Shown here: piece by piece, positions 24,328-37,377 of the stretch
Layout of the letters: each line of letters opens with the position of its first letter
Position numbering within the stretch: position 1 is the stretch's first letter
Source of the DNA: Mustelus asterias
Taxonomy: Eukaryota
Length of the DNA: 64,000 nucleotides
Reading direction: 5' to 3'
Assembly (NCBI RefSeq): GCF_964213995.1
Contig: NW_027590117.1
Span: 1,984,001-2,048,000, forward strand
The notes under the pieces: generated by a model
What the model was told of the DNA's origin: nothing
What the model saw: only the letters and a program-made list of their open reading frames with translations
The model's database searches: none
Made by a program: the position numbers and the translations under genes

Positions 24328-27054
24328 TTACTGTCTCACACTATTATTAAGAGATAATATCAGGGTAGTACTGAGGGATGACATAGGCTCTGAGGAACAA
24401 AACGTGGAATCATTATGGGTAGAGATGAGGAATAGTAGAGGGAGAAAGACACTAGTAGGTGTGGTATATAGGCCCCCAAATAATAATGTTGAGGTAGGGA
24501 GGGCTATAAACAAGCAGATAAGGGATGCGTGTAAAAACGGAGCGGCAATAATCATGGGGGACTTCAACATGCACATTGACTGGCAGACTCAAGTTGGTAA
24601 GGGTGGAATGGAGGAAGAGTTCTTAGAATGCTGTCGGGATAGTTTCCTTGAACAGCATGTTACGGAACCGACGAGGGAACGAGCTATTTTGGATCTGGTA
24701 TTGTGTAACGAGGTAGGTAGAATTAAGGATGTTATTGTGAAGGACCCTCTTGGGTCTAGTGACCACAATATGGTCGAATTTCTGATTCAGATGGAAGAGG
24801 AGAAAGTTTGGTCCCAAACCAGTGTCCTCTGTTTGAACAGAGGGAGATATGATAGGATGAGGGATGAATTGGCTAAGGTAGACTGGGAGAGCAGGCTGGC
24901 AGGTAGGATAGCTGAGGAACAGTGGAGGATTTTTAAGGAGATCCTTTTCAGTTCTCAGCAAAAATATATTCCAGCAAAAAACAAGGATTGTAAGAAAAGG
25001 GAGAACCAGCCGTGGATAACGAAGGAAATAAAGGAGAGTATTAAAATAAAAACAGCTGCGTACAGAGTGGCCAAAAATAGTGGAGAAACAAGTGATTGGG
25101 AAAAATTTAAGAAACAACAAAGGGAGACTAAGAAAGCGATAAAGAAAGGAAGGATAGACTATGAAGCTAGGCTAGCAATTAATATAAAAAATGATAGTAA
25201 AAGTTTTTATAAATATGTAAAAAGGAATAGAGTGGCTAGAGTGAATGTTGGACCCTTGGAGGACGAGAGGGGGGAGTTAATAGTGGGAAATGAGGATATG
25301 GCTGAGTCTTTAAATACGTTTTTTGTGTCGGTCTTCACGGTGGAGGACACAAATAGTTTGCCAAATATTAACGATAGAGGGTTGGCAGCAGGAGAAATAC
25401 TTAATACAATTAATGTTACCAGAGAGGCAGTGCTGGGTAGACTAATGGGACTGAAGGTGGATAAGTCCCCGGGTCCGGATGGAATGCATCCCAGGGTATT
25501 GAAAGAAATGTCAGAGGTAATAGTGGATGCGTTAGTGATTATTTATCAAAACACGTTGCATTCTGGGGTAGTGCCGGTTGATTGGAAAACGGCTAATGTT
25601 ATGCCGCTGTTTAAAAAAGGAAGGAGACAAAAGGCGGGTAACTATAGGCCGGTCAGCTTAACATCTGTAGTAGGGAAAATGCTGGAATCCATTATTAAAG
25701 AGGAGATAGCAGGGCATCTGGATAGAAATGGCTCGATCAATCAGACGCAGCATGGATTCATGAGGGGAAAGTCGTGCTTGACGAACATGTTGGATTTTTA
25801 TGAAGATGTGACTAGGGCGGTTGATGGAGGAGAACCGGTGGATGCGGTGTTTTTGGATTTCCAAAAGGCGTTTGATAAGGTGCCCCATAAAAGGCTGCTG
25901 AAGAAGATTAGGGCACACGGAGTTGGGGGTAGTGTGTTAAAGTGGATTGGGGACTGGCTATCCGACTGGAAGCAAAGAGTCGGAATAAATGGGTGTTTTT
26001 CCGGTTGGAGGAAGGTAACTAGTGGCGTGCCGCAGGGATCGGTACTCGGGCCGCAACTGTTTACCATTTATATAGATGATCTGGAGGAGGGGACGGAGTG
26101 TAGGGTAACAAAGTTTGCAGACGACACAAAGATAAGTGGAAAAGTGAATCGTGTGGAGGACGGAGAAGATCTGCAGAGAGATTTGGACAGGCTGAGTGAG
26201 TGGGCGAGGATATGGCAAATGGAGTATAACGTTGAGAAATGCGAGGTTATACACTTTGGAGGAAATAATAACAAATGGGTTTATTATCTCAATGGAAACA
26301 AATTAAAACATGCTACCGTGCAAAGGGACCTGGGGGTCCTTGTGCATGAGACGCAAAAGCCCAGTCTGCAGGTACAACAGGTGATCAAGAAGGCAAATGG
26401 GATGTTGGCCTATATTGTGAAGGGGATAGAATATAAAAGCAGGGATGTCTTGATGCACCTGTACAGGGCATTGGTGAGGCCGCAGCTGGAATACTGTGTG
26501 CAGTATTGGTCCCCTTATATGAGGAAGGATATATTGGCATTGGAGGGAGTGCAGAGAAGGTTCACCAGGTTAATACCGGAGATGAGGGGTTTGGATTATG
26601 AGGAGAGGCTGAGGAGATTGGGTTTGTACTCGTTGGAGTTTAGAAGGATGAGGGGGGATCTTATGGAGACTTATAAGATAATGCGGGGGCTGGATAGGGT
26701 GGAGGCGGAGAGATTCTTTCCACTTAGTAAGGAAGATAAAACTAGAGGACACAGCCTCAAAATAAAGGGGGGTCGGTTTAAGACAGAGTTGAGGAGGAAC
26801 TTCTTCTCCCAGAAGGTGGTGAATCTCTGGAATTCTCTGCCCACTGAGGTGGTGGAGGCTACCTCGCTGAATATGTTTAAAGCGCGGATGGATGGATTCC
26901 TGATCGGTAAGGGAATTAAGGGTTATGGGGATCAGGCGGGTAAGTGGTACTGATCCACGTCAGATCAGCCATGATCTTATTGAATGGCGGGGCAGGCTCG
27001 AGGGGCTAGATGGCCTACTCCTGCTCCTATTTCTTATGTTCTTATGTTCTTATG
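24328..27054 (+). mobile_element. Young CR1 LINE, 5'-truncated in the APE domain, with uninterrupted ORF2 24404..26953 (849 aa)
   Basis: GDFN and SDH endonuclease motifs, DFQKAFDKVPH, GVPQGSVLGP, FADD; tail (TTCTTATG)3. Confidence 0.97.
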
Positions 27055-27240
27055 AATCTACCAGACATCTTTATTATGAGAGAAAGTGGCGATTGAACAA
27101 ATATGCAATTCAAATGAAATTCAGCTTCTGCTGTGTTTTGCTTTAGTCTGAATTTGAAATGATCTCTATTGAGAACGAGCCGGGCCGCGGGACAGGAATC
27201 ATTTTCTTGCGGGTTCAGCTCTTTCCTGAGAGATGTGGGT

Positions 27241-27256
27241 GGCTCTGAGAAGAGCC
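27241..27256 (-). terminator. Histone 3' stem-loop (H1)
   Basis: AAA GGCTCT TCTC AGAGCC ACCCA, downstream element GGAAAGAGCTG. Confidence 0.93.
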
Positions 27257-27292
27257 TTTGGGTTCAGAGGTTTACAATTTGCTCGGGTTGTT

Positions 27293-27943
27293 TCACTTCT
27301 TTCCTGACGCTTTCTTCGCTTTTGCTGCTTTCACTTTGGGTTTGGCCTTCGATTTAGTCACTTTTTTGACAGACTTTCCGCCCGTCACCTTCTTCACAGG
27401 AGACTTTTTCTTCAGGGCTGCTTTCTTCACCGCCTTTTTTGGAGTTGCCGCCTTCTTGCTGCTTGTTTTCTTCACTGTTGATTTCTTCACTGGAGTTTTC
27501 TTTGCTGCGGGTTTCTTGGCTGCTGCTTTCTTTGTTGTCACCTTCTTGGCCGCTGTTTTCTTTACTAAAGGTTTCTTGGCTGTTGGTTTCTTCGCCTTCT
27601 TTCCCATTTTCCCCGGGCTTTCCTTCTTAGCGAGTTTGAAGGAGCCGGAGGCGCCCTGTCCCTTTGTCTGCACCAGAGACCCTGTCTCCACCTTCCTCTT
27701 GATCGTTAACCTGATCTGGGAGACGCGCTTCCCCACATCCACTCCGCTGCCAGCCAAAGCTTTCTTTATCGCGGCCAGGGACATCCCCTTGCGATCGCTG
27801 CATTCCGCCACAACATTGAGGATCTGCTCGCCTAACTTGGGACCGGCTGCCGCAGGTCGGGGAGCCGCCTTCTTCTTCCTGGGAGACTTCACTTGAGCGG
27901 GAGCGGCTGGAGGAGCCGTTTCGGCGGCTGCAGTTTCAGTCAT
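27293..27943 (-). CDS. H1: Linker histone H1
   Basis: MTETAAAETAPP...globular domain (SLAAIKKAL...VQTKGQGASGSFKL) and K/A/P-rich tail with S/TPxK motifs, 216 aa; H1 box AAACACA at about 28088-28094. Confidence 0.95.
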   Translation of the reverse strand: MTETAAAETAPPAAPAQVKSPRKKKAAPRPAAAGPKLGEQILNVVAECSDRKGMSLAAIKKALAGSGVDVGKRVSQIRLTIKRKVETGSLVQTKGQGASGSFKLAKKESPGKMGKKAKKPTAKKPLVKKTAAKKVTTKKAAAKKPAAKKTPVKKSTVKKTSSKKAATPKKAVKKAALKKKSPVKKVTGGKSVKKVTKSKAKPKVKAAKAKKASGKK

Positions 27944-29139
27944 ATCCGAGAGTGTGTGGAAAATCTGTGTGAGAGTCAGAACTGGATCCGAAATGAACCC
28001 AGTGGTGGCGGCACAGAGCAACTTAAAGGCAGAGAGCGGACGGAGCAGAGACAAGCTGCTGTCAGCTCCCGGCTCCTCCAGCCTCTCTGTGTTTCTCTCT
28101 CCTCACAAACTCTCCCCTTGCAATGAAATTCCGCCTCTCCAGAGATCCAGCTCACATCCTTCATGTCTCTGACACACGAATGTTTGCTGTTGAAAAGGTT
28201 TCACTCGAACTGAGAACTCCATTTTCCACTGAAACCCGTTTTACTGCTGCACTGATCGCGCTCTCACACGCGATAGCTGACATGTTCTCAACTTTTCCAC
28301 TCAAATCTTCAATTTAGCGAACCATTTGCCTTGAAATCTAACTTTGGGGCTCAGCAGGGAGACTAAGGGAATCTTTGATTGGAAGATTATTTTATTTTAC
28401 ACAAGAGAGACTCGGAGATCTCATGATCAGAACAGACACACAAACACAGTTGGATTCGTCTGAACCGCCCGCTCCTTTCATACACTCTCTCTTACACAAT
28501 ATTCACATCTACACATTCACAGGACAAAACTTTCACCAACTGTAAGGTCCCAGGACGGAATTTCCCCTCCTTCCGGCCTTTGCTCCGGATTCCAGGGGGT
28601 TAGTTAGTTTTTCACCTCAGTAACTGTTAAACACTCTGAAGCCCGCTCCCCACAGATTGTCTTTGAATTCATTCATGGAATGTGGGCGTCGCTGTCTGGG
28701 TCAGCATTTATTGCCCATCCCTAATTGCCCTTGGGAAGGTGGTGATGAGCTGCCTTCTGGAACCGCTGCAGTCCATGTGGTGTAGGACCATATCTGTTCA
28801 CCAGATTCAGCGGCCAGAGCCAATCATATCTGTCCCCCCCCCCCAGTTATTACAGTGATTGCTGACATCACTGTGTTTGTTTACGATGAAATACAAATTA
28901 TCTGCTCTTGGAGTCTCTCGATTTCCTGTTTTATTTGTTTCTCCTGCACTGACAGGTAACAATAAATCACAACCTCAACACCCAGTGACAGCCAGTTAAA
29001 TAATAATCCCCCACTCGCTGATAATGGAGTTTCTAAAAGCGACACACAGTTTCTGACCATCCTCCGATTGGGCCTGGAGGGAACCAGATTCATTGTCAGA
29101 GCTGGACTTTCTTACTGAGGGAGTGGCACAGTCAGGTGA

Positions 29140-29202
29140 ACGATGGTGGTGGAGTGGTGACTGGGCGAGCATTTGACCAAACGTCAGTTCCTGACCATCA
29201 CA
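29140..29202 (+). pseudogene. Degenerate tRNA-Gly remnant (anticodon arm deleted)
   Basis: CGATGGTGGTGGAGTGGTGA...AGCATTTGACC...TTCCTGACCATCACA aligns to the Gly gene at 29527. Confidence 0.55.
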
Positions 29203-29526
29203 GTGGTGATTTATTTAATTAGCTATCGCATGTCACAACAGTAGGTGGGCACTCCTAAAATAAAATTCACTAAAGATTTCTAATGGAAAATCAAGCTTCA
29301 GTTTGCTTTCAGTTGTTTAAATGAAAGGACAGGCCTCAAAATTAAACAATGAGTTCCCAGTCAGAAACAACAGTAAAAAGATAAATTGAACTGTCCAGAA
29401 AAACGAGACAAGCCAAGTTCAGTTTACAAACTGTGCTATGGACACACCTGGTGCGGAATGAAATCAGCAACTCAGGTAGTTCCGTAATTACAACTGATTA
29501 AAATAACGATTCCTTCAGCAGAGTGA

Positions 29527-29598
29527 GCGATGGTGGTATAGTGGTGAGCATAGCTACCTTCCAAGCAGTTGACCCGGGTTCGATTCCCGGCCATCGCA
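29527..29598 (+). tRNA. tRNA-Gly(TCC)
   Basis: GCGATGGTGGTATAGTGGTGAGCATAGCTACCTTCCAAGCAGTTGACCCGGGTTCGATTCCCGGCCATCGCA; one A-C mismatch in the anticodon stem. Confidence 0.88.
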
Positions 29599-29928
29599 TT
29601 CATAATTTGTTTTAGAACCTTCTCCGCGAATATTATTTTAAACCGAGTGGACAAAAACAGGGCGAACGCAACATTTGACAATAGTGAATTAAAATAGACG
29701 TATCAGTTTTTATTTTTTTCTATTCGGACGTAATTCGTTTCTCATGAAAAAATATTGAAATAGGAAAACAAGTCTCTGACATCAAATGAGTTCTCCGTTC
29801 GTGACAAAGATACAAAGTAACAGTAGAGGAACACATTTCAGCTCACACACTGTGCTCTGCACAATCCCGGTACTTGATAGAAGTTAATATAAACATTACT
29901 GAGGTTACATTATTTACAGAAATGCGCA

Positions 29929-30010
29929 GCTGCGATGGCCGAGTGGTTAAGGCGTTGGACTTGAAATCCAATGGGGTTTCCCCGCGCAGGTTCGAGCCCC
30001 GCTCGCAGCG
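29929..30010 (+). tRNA. tRNA-Ser(TGA) with Ser(CGA)-type body
   Basis: 82 nt, GCTGCGA/TCGCAGC acceptor stem, loop CT TGA AA, long variable arm; one T-stem mismatch. Confidence 0.88.
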
Positions 30011-30189
30011 GTTATGATTGTGAAGTGTTTACTTCCGCTATTTCAAAAACACCTGCTGATTTTTTTGGTATGAAGTATTTCGATCGCCATCATGCTTTCA
30101 GCTGCATGGCTCCGGGCCGGGTGCAGGAAGGTGAGCTTGGAAAGGGGGGCCTCGGGCTGGCATGGACAAGATAGGCCGAATGGGTTCCG

Positions 30190-31335
30190 AGTCAGAGAGG
30201 TTTACAGCATACAGGCCCTTCGGCCCAACTTGTCCATGCCGCCCTTTTTTTAAACCACCAAGCAAATCCCATTTGCCTGCATTTGGCCCATATCCCTCTA
30301 TACCCATCTTACCCATGTAACTGTGGAAATGCATTTTGAAAGACAAAATTGTACCCACCTCTACTACTACCTCTGGCAGCTTGTTCCAGACACTCACCAC
30401 CCTCTGTGTAAAACAAATGTCCCTCTGGACACTTTTGTATCTCTCCCCTCTCACCTTAAACCTGTGCACTCGAGCTTTCGACTCCCCAACCTTTGGGAAA
30501 AGATATTAACTATTCTCGCTGATCTGTGTCCCTCATTATTTTATAGATCTCTATAAGATCACCCCTCAGCCTCCTACGTCCAGAGAAAAAAATCCCAGTC
30601 TATCCAGCCTCGCCTTAAAACTCAAACCATCAAGTCCCGGTAGCATCCGAGTAAATCTTTTCTGCATGCTCTCTAGTTTAATGATACCCTTTCTATAATA
30701 GTGACGAGGACTGTACACAGTATTCCAAGTGTGGCCTTACCAATGACTTGTATGACTTCAACAGGACGTCCCAATTCCTGTATTCAATGTTCTGACCGAT
30801 GAAACCAAGCATGCCAAATGCCTTCTTCACCACTCTGTCCACCTGTGACTCCACTTTCAATGAGCTTTGAACATGTACCCCGAGATCTCTTTGTTCTGCA
30901 TCTCTCCCCAATGCTCTGCCATTAACTTGGTAAATCTGCCCTGGTTTAATCTACCAAAATGCATCACCTTGCATTTGTCTGAATTAAACTCCGTCTGTCA
31001 TTCGTCAGCCCACTGGCCCAATTGATCAAGATCCCTTTACAATTGGAGATAACTTTCTTCACTGTCCACGATGCCACCAATCTTGGTGTCATCTGCACAC
31101 TTACTAACCATGCCTCCTATATTCTCATCCAAATCATTAAAATAAATGACAAATAACAGTGGACCCAGCACTGATCCCTGAGGCACACCCCTCGGGACTC
31201 CAGTTTGAAAAACAACCCACTATAACCACCCTCTGGCTTCTGTCAAGAAGCCAATTTTGTATTCATTAAGATACCTCACCCTGGATCCCGTGAGATTTAA
31301 CGTTATGCAACAACCTATCTTGCGGTACCTTGTTA
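30190..31335 (-). mobile_element. CR1 LINE 3' fragment
   Basis: QRDLGVHVQSSLKV...LVRPHLEYCVQ; HRFKVRGERYK. Confidence 0.88.
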
Positions 31336-32419
31336 AGGTACCCTTTGTTTCCCAAATGTATCAGTTAAGGGGATAAATATGTGGGGTGACTGAGACAGGT
31401 TCTGGGTGGGATGGTGTCTCAGAGAGTCGGTGCAGACTCAATGGGCCAAATGGCCTCCATCTGCGCTGGAGGGATTCTATTGCAGTTCAGGCTGAGATAG
31501 ACACATTTTGGTTTCTTTGGGAATCAAGGGAGTGAGGAGTAAACTGGAGTTGAACCCAAGATCTGAAACTCTATAAGAAGCTGGTATGCCCACATCTGGA
31601 GACTGCACCCATACTTTGGAACCCACACTTTCAAAGAGATATTCAGCTGATAGAGAGAGTGCAATGATATGTAACCAGGAAAATGGAAGGCATGAGGGGA
31701 ATACCTGATGAAGGATTAAGGATTCTTGAATTGCAATCTTTAGAGAAGGCTGATTTATGGTTTAGTTCAATATTATAAATTGATACATGGCCTTATTACC
31801 TAAGCTTCAAAAGATCTTTATTCGCATCTACTGTATTTTGGGTGGGCATCAGTATAAAGTGCAGAAATTTGGTTCATGCGACGATATTCACAATTTGTTT
31901 TCCCCACATAGAATTGTTGATATTTCAAATGCTTTACCTGATTTTGATGGTGAATACTGAAAATGTAGTGACTTTTGAAAAACTTGTCAGAAATATGTAT
32001 GATTTCTATCTTTGTATTGTCTGATGCTGTTCTTGTTTTAATGCTGTGCCTCTGTGCTTCGCACTGTATGGCAATAAAGACACATAACTCATCATTGTAT
32101 TGAATCATACAATCCCTACAGTGCAGAATGAGGCCATTCAACCCATCAAGCCCTATTCCCGTAACCGCACATATTTACCCTGCTAATCCCCTGACACTAA
32201 GAGTCAATTTAGCATGGCCAATCAACCTAACCCCCGCAGACAAGGGGAGAATGTGCAAACCCCACACAGTGAACTGGGACTGCAATTGAACCCAGTTCCC
32301 TGATGCTGTGAGGCAGCAGTGCTATCCACTGTGCCATCATGCTGCCCTTGAATGGAGGAACATTATTGATGAGCCATGTGGCCAATGTCTGCTCTTATTT
32401 CCTGTGTTCTTGTGACTGG

Positions 32420-33630
32420 AAGAGACGGATCCATGGATACTGAGGGAAATAAGGGTGGAAATTGTAGAGGCATTGGCCAAAAGTTTCCTATCCTTGCTAG
32501 TTATATGTGTGGTGCCAGAGGACTGGAGAATTGCAAATGGTAAACACACTTTTTCAGAAAAGGCTGTGAGGATAAGCCAACTAAATCCAATCAGTTTCAC
32601 CTCAGCAATGTGGGATATTCTCCAAACAATAACTGCAGATAAAATTAACACTCACTTGTGCTAATGTGCATTAATTAAGGAAAACACATACATAATGATT
32701 AAAGGGGAATCATATTTAACTTGCTCGAGATTTTCATGAGGGTAACAGAAAAGGTTGATGAGGGTAATGTGGTTAATGTGAACATGGACTGGCAAAAAGC
32801 ATTTTATAAATAAAGGGGCACACAGCAAACTTGTGGTAACATTTGGAGCTGATAGAATAAAAGGGACAGCAGCAACATGGATAGGAAACTGACTGAGTGA
32901 CAGGAAACACAGTGGGAAGTATTTTTATTTGGATTGGAGGTCGGTTAAAGTGGGATTCCAGGAGAGTTGGTGTTAGGAATTCTGCTCTTCCTGATACATA
33001 TTAGAGACATCGGCAATGCTGTACAGAGCACACATTCAAACTGTGGTAATTACATAATATGTGACAGCATTGTGAACAGTGAGGAGGTAGTGTTGAAGCT
33101 CACAGTTTCTTAGACAGCTCGTGGATTGGCCAAACAAGACCAATTTAAAGCAGAGAAGTGTGAAATGATTTATTTCAGTGGGAAGAAAAGGGAGAGACAA
33201 GAGAAAAGAAATGATACAATTGTAAAGACATGCAGGAACAAGGGACCTGTGGTCAAATGTGACACTAATAATTGCTGTTTAGGTGGCAGGTTGAGAGTGT
33301 GGTTACTAAGGCATTTGGGATTGTGAGCTTTATACGTCGGGGGCATAGTGAACAAGAGGAAGCAAGTTGTGGGAAACCTGTATCAAACCCTGGTTTGGCC
33401 TCAATTGGAGTATTGCACTCTGATCTGGACAGCAGTGTTTAGAAAGGGTGTGAATGCATTAGCAAGGGTGTAATAAATCTCTGGGCGTGAGTCCAGGGAT
33501 GAGGAAGTTCAGTTACATCGGTAGATTGGAGAATTTGGGTCTGTGGTGAAGAGAAGATTGAGAGGAGATTTGATAGAGGTGTTCAGAATTGTGGAGGGAA
33601 TTGGAAGGAGCTGATAGGGAGAAGCTGTCA
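32420..33630 (+). mobile_element. Old degenerate CR1
   Basis: VVPEDWRIAN and KCEMIYF remnants. Confidence 0.65.
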
Positions 33631-34509
33631 TGTCCCAGTCTTCCTCTGTCAGGAAGTGTTCCCCAAACTGAATTAATAGGGCATTGTTCGCAGTTACACT
33701 TCTCCAGCAATGCTAAATATTCCGAGTATTTGTTTTAATGTGAAACATTTATGATAATTATACAAACACAATAAGTTATTTAGAGTAAAGAAGAAACATT
33801 AAAAGTGAAAATACATGTTGACGTCCTTCTGCTGGGCTTTTAGTCTTTCCGGTATGGGCCAGTGGTCTGATTAATCCGATGGTGCTTTTCCCAGTCACCT
33901 GCATAACGTGGCTCGAATCCCAGATTTCTAGTTTTTGAACTGCACAGGGGAGCATTTAAGAAAGTATTGGGGCTGAATGGCCTCGTCTGTGCTCTCGGTC
34001 TCCTTCCACCTGGTGGGCTGATCTGACATCCACCCCACAGTGGAGTCGCTGCACAGATTGCCTTAAAAATGGTCTCTAAGATAACGGAGTGACTGTGAAT
34101 CTCGTCACCACTTCCATCCTGACTAATTTCCTCCACTTCGAACCATCCAACAATGTCAGAAGGAGTGAGAACTGGAGTAGGAGACTCCATTAATGAATGA
34201 GGTCCCATTTTGACCACTCGAGAATCCGGCCTTGCTCACTCCATCTCTGTTCTCCAGCCAACTCTGAATGGCCTGTTCGAGGATCGCCTTGCTCCAAAGC
34301 AGCTGAATTTGATGTCTGTCAGCAAGTTGTTGAGATTTGGCTATTCTTCACCTCCAACTTCAGACCAATCGGGGCTTCCAGGGCTGGTTGAGCAGAAACA
34401 ACAATAATTGAGGATTTTGCAGTGTTGTTACATTCGAGTAGATTTCCACCTGGGGCTTTTTATTAAACACCGGCTTTTTCACTTCATTAACAACTGTAGG
34501 AATGGCAAT

Positions 34510-35010
34510 GCAATGTATTGGCCCATTTATCTCAAATAGGATTTTGCACGTCATGTTGAAGTTGCACAAGACATTGGGAAGGCCACACTAGGAATACCGT
34601 GTGCAGTTCTGGTCACCCTATTATAGAAAGAATATTATTAAATTTGAAAGAGATCTATAAAATAATGAGGGCTATAGATCAGCTCGATAGTCAATGTCTT
34701 TTCTCAAAGATCGGGGAGTTTAAAAGTGGAGGGCATAGGTTTAAGGTGAGAGGGGAGAAACACAAAAGGGTCCAGAGGGGCAATTTTTGCACAGACGGTG
34801 GTAACTGTCTGGAACGAGCTGCCAGAGGTAGTACTAGAGGTGGTTACAATTTTGCCTTTGAAAAAGCATTTAGATAGTTACATGGGTAAGATTGGTATGG
34901 AGGAATATGGGGCAAACGCAGGCACCTGGACTAGTTTAATGGCAAAATCTGGGCAGCATGGATGAGTTGGGCTGAAGGGCCTGTTTCCAGCTGTAAATCT
35001 CTGTCACTCT
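34510..35010 (+). mobile_element. CR1 3' fragment
   Basis: GHRFKVRGEKHK and CR1 3' UTR. Confidence 0.75.
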
Positions 35011-37377
35011 ATGACTATGACTCTAGTCCCAATAGGAAATGATGCAGGTTGTCACTGTCATTGCTGTAAGTGGGAGATGGACAATGCTCACTCACAGCAT
35101 CTGTATTCCGTATGAACAGCTGGCAGGTCGACCACCAAACCGATGGTAAACATTCTGCCAACATCCAGTGAAACTGGGTAATTATGGTAACGGGTCGGTA
35201 CATTGACAACACAGGACTCTGTGACAATAGCTTCATACCCAACAGGGTGATGTCACCAGGATCCACAATTCCCCCAGTTTGGAGATTCCTGTCAGGAAGC
35301 AAGGAGCAAAGTGTAAGACACCAGAGAAAAGACAAGAGATCTTTATTTCTATCGAACCAATCATTATCTCAGGAGTTCCCAAATGAATGACTTCTTTAAG
35401 AGGTCAGAGAGTCATCGAATTTTACAGCACAGAAAGAGGCCATTCAGCCCCTCGTGTATGTACTGGCCATCAGCATCTATCTATTCTAATCCCATTTTTC
35501 AGTGCGTATTCACGTGTACGACCTGGATGAGGGAACCAAACGTAACATTTCCACGTTTGCTGACAACACAAAACTGGGCAGAATTGTGAGTTGTGAGGAG
35601 GATGCAAGGAGGCTTCAAGGTAATTTGGACAACTTGAGTGAGTGCGCAAACACATGGCAGATGCAGTACAACGTGGCTAAATGTGAAGTTATACACTTTG
35701 GTGTGAAAAACAGAAAGGAAAGGATCACATGAGATCTGATTAAAACATATAAAATTCTAACAGGGCTGGACAGACGACATGCAGGAAGGATGTTTTCCGT
35801 GGTTTTTGAACCAGCAACATTGACCAAGAAGTGGAAAGCGGAAGATCACCTCCAGTGATAAACAGGAGTTAGAACATCCGGTCGAGGCGGCTGAGGGACT
35901 TCACTGGTGCATTCTGGGAGAAGTCGGACCAGCAACATTTACCAAGAAGTGGGAAGTTGAAGATCTGGTGTCAAGGAGCGGTAAACCCGAAACACTACAT
36001 TAGTGTTTCCCTTGCTCCCTCCTCTAATCAAAAAAAAGGCCACCGTGGGAAAGTAAAAGTGAAGGTAAGAGTTTTATAAATTTTCTCAAATAATTTAATT
36101 GGTGCTCGAAATGTCGGTTGGTGGGGTTAAGTGTTGCACTTGTGGGATGTGGGAGATCCGGGGCTTCCAGCATCTCGGACAACTATGTCTGCAGGAAGTG
36201 CACCCAATTGCAGCTCCTTTCAGACCGCATGGATACGTTGGAGCAGCAGTTGGATGCCCTCAGGAGCATGGAGGAGGCGGAAAGCATCATAGATAGGAGC
36301 TTTAGAGATGTGGTCATACCCAAGGTGCAGGCAGATGGATGGGTGGCCGCCAGAAGGGGCAGGCAGTCAGTGCAGGAATCCCCTGTGGTCATCCCCCTCT
36401 CTCGCAAGTATACCATTTTGGATACTGTTGGGGGAGATGGGCTATCAGGGAATAACAGCAGCAGCAGCCAAAGCAGTGGCACCATGGCTGGCTCTGTTGT
36501 TAAGCAGGGAGGGACAAAGAGCACGAGAACAATAGTTATAGGGGATTCTATAGTTAGGGGTGTAGATAGGCGTTCCTGTGGACGTGAAAGAGACTCCAGG
36601 ATGGTATGTTGCCTCCCTGGTGCCAGGGTCCAGGATGTCCCTGAACAGACAGAAAGCATTCTGAAGGGAGAGGGTAAACAGCCAGAGGTCGTGGTACATA
36701 TTGGTACTAACGACATAGGTAAGAGGAGTGATGAGGTCCTGCAGCAGCAGTTTAGGGAGTTAGGCAGAAAGTTAAAAAGCAGGATCTCGAGGGTTGTAAT
36801 CACAGGATTACTCCCTGTGCCACGTGCCAGTGAGGCTAGGGATAGATAGTGCAGCTCAACATGTGGCTAAACAGCTGGTGCAGGAGGGAGGGTTTCAGAT
36901 ATCTGGACGATTGGAGTCTCTTTCGGGGCAGATGGGGCCTGTACAAGAAGGACGGGTTGCATCTAAACTGGGAGAGCACAAATATTCTGGCCGGGAGGTT
37001 TGCCAATGTCACATGGAAGGATTTAAACTAGTTTAGCAGGGGGGTGGGAACCAAAGCAAAGGTGAATTAGCTGAAGGAGAACCAGAGAGTAGGACCAGTA
37101 AGACCCAGAGAAACAGCAGGCAGGGTGGGGTTTATAATCAAAGAGGATCTGGTGGACTGAAGTGCATCTGTTTCAATGCGAGAAGTGTTACAGGTAAGGC
37201 AGATGAACTTAGAGCTTGGATTAGTACTAGGAAATACGATGTTGTTGCCATTACAGAGACTTGGTTAAGGGAAGGACAGGATTGGCAGCTTAACATTCCA
37301 GGATACAGATGTTTCAGGCGGGATAGAGGGGGATGTAAAAGGGGTGGGGGAGTTGCACTACTGGTTAAGGAGAATAT

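Noticed and set aside
36118-37031. Host esterase/lipase gene
   Set aside because: It is the CR1 ORF1 SGNH domain, directly upstream of ORF2, and carries a frameshift and a stop.
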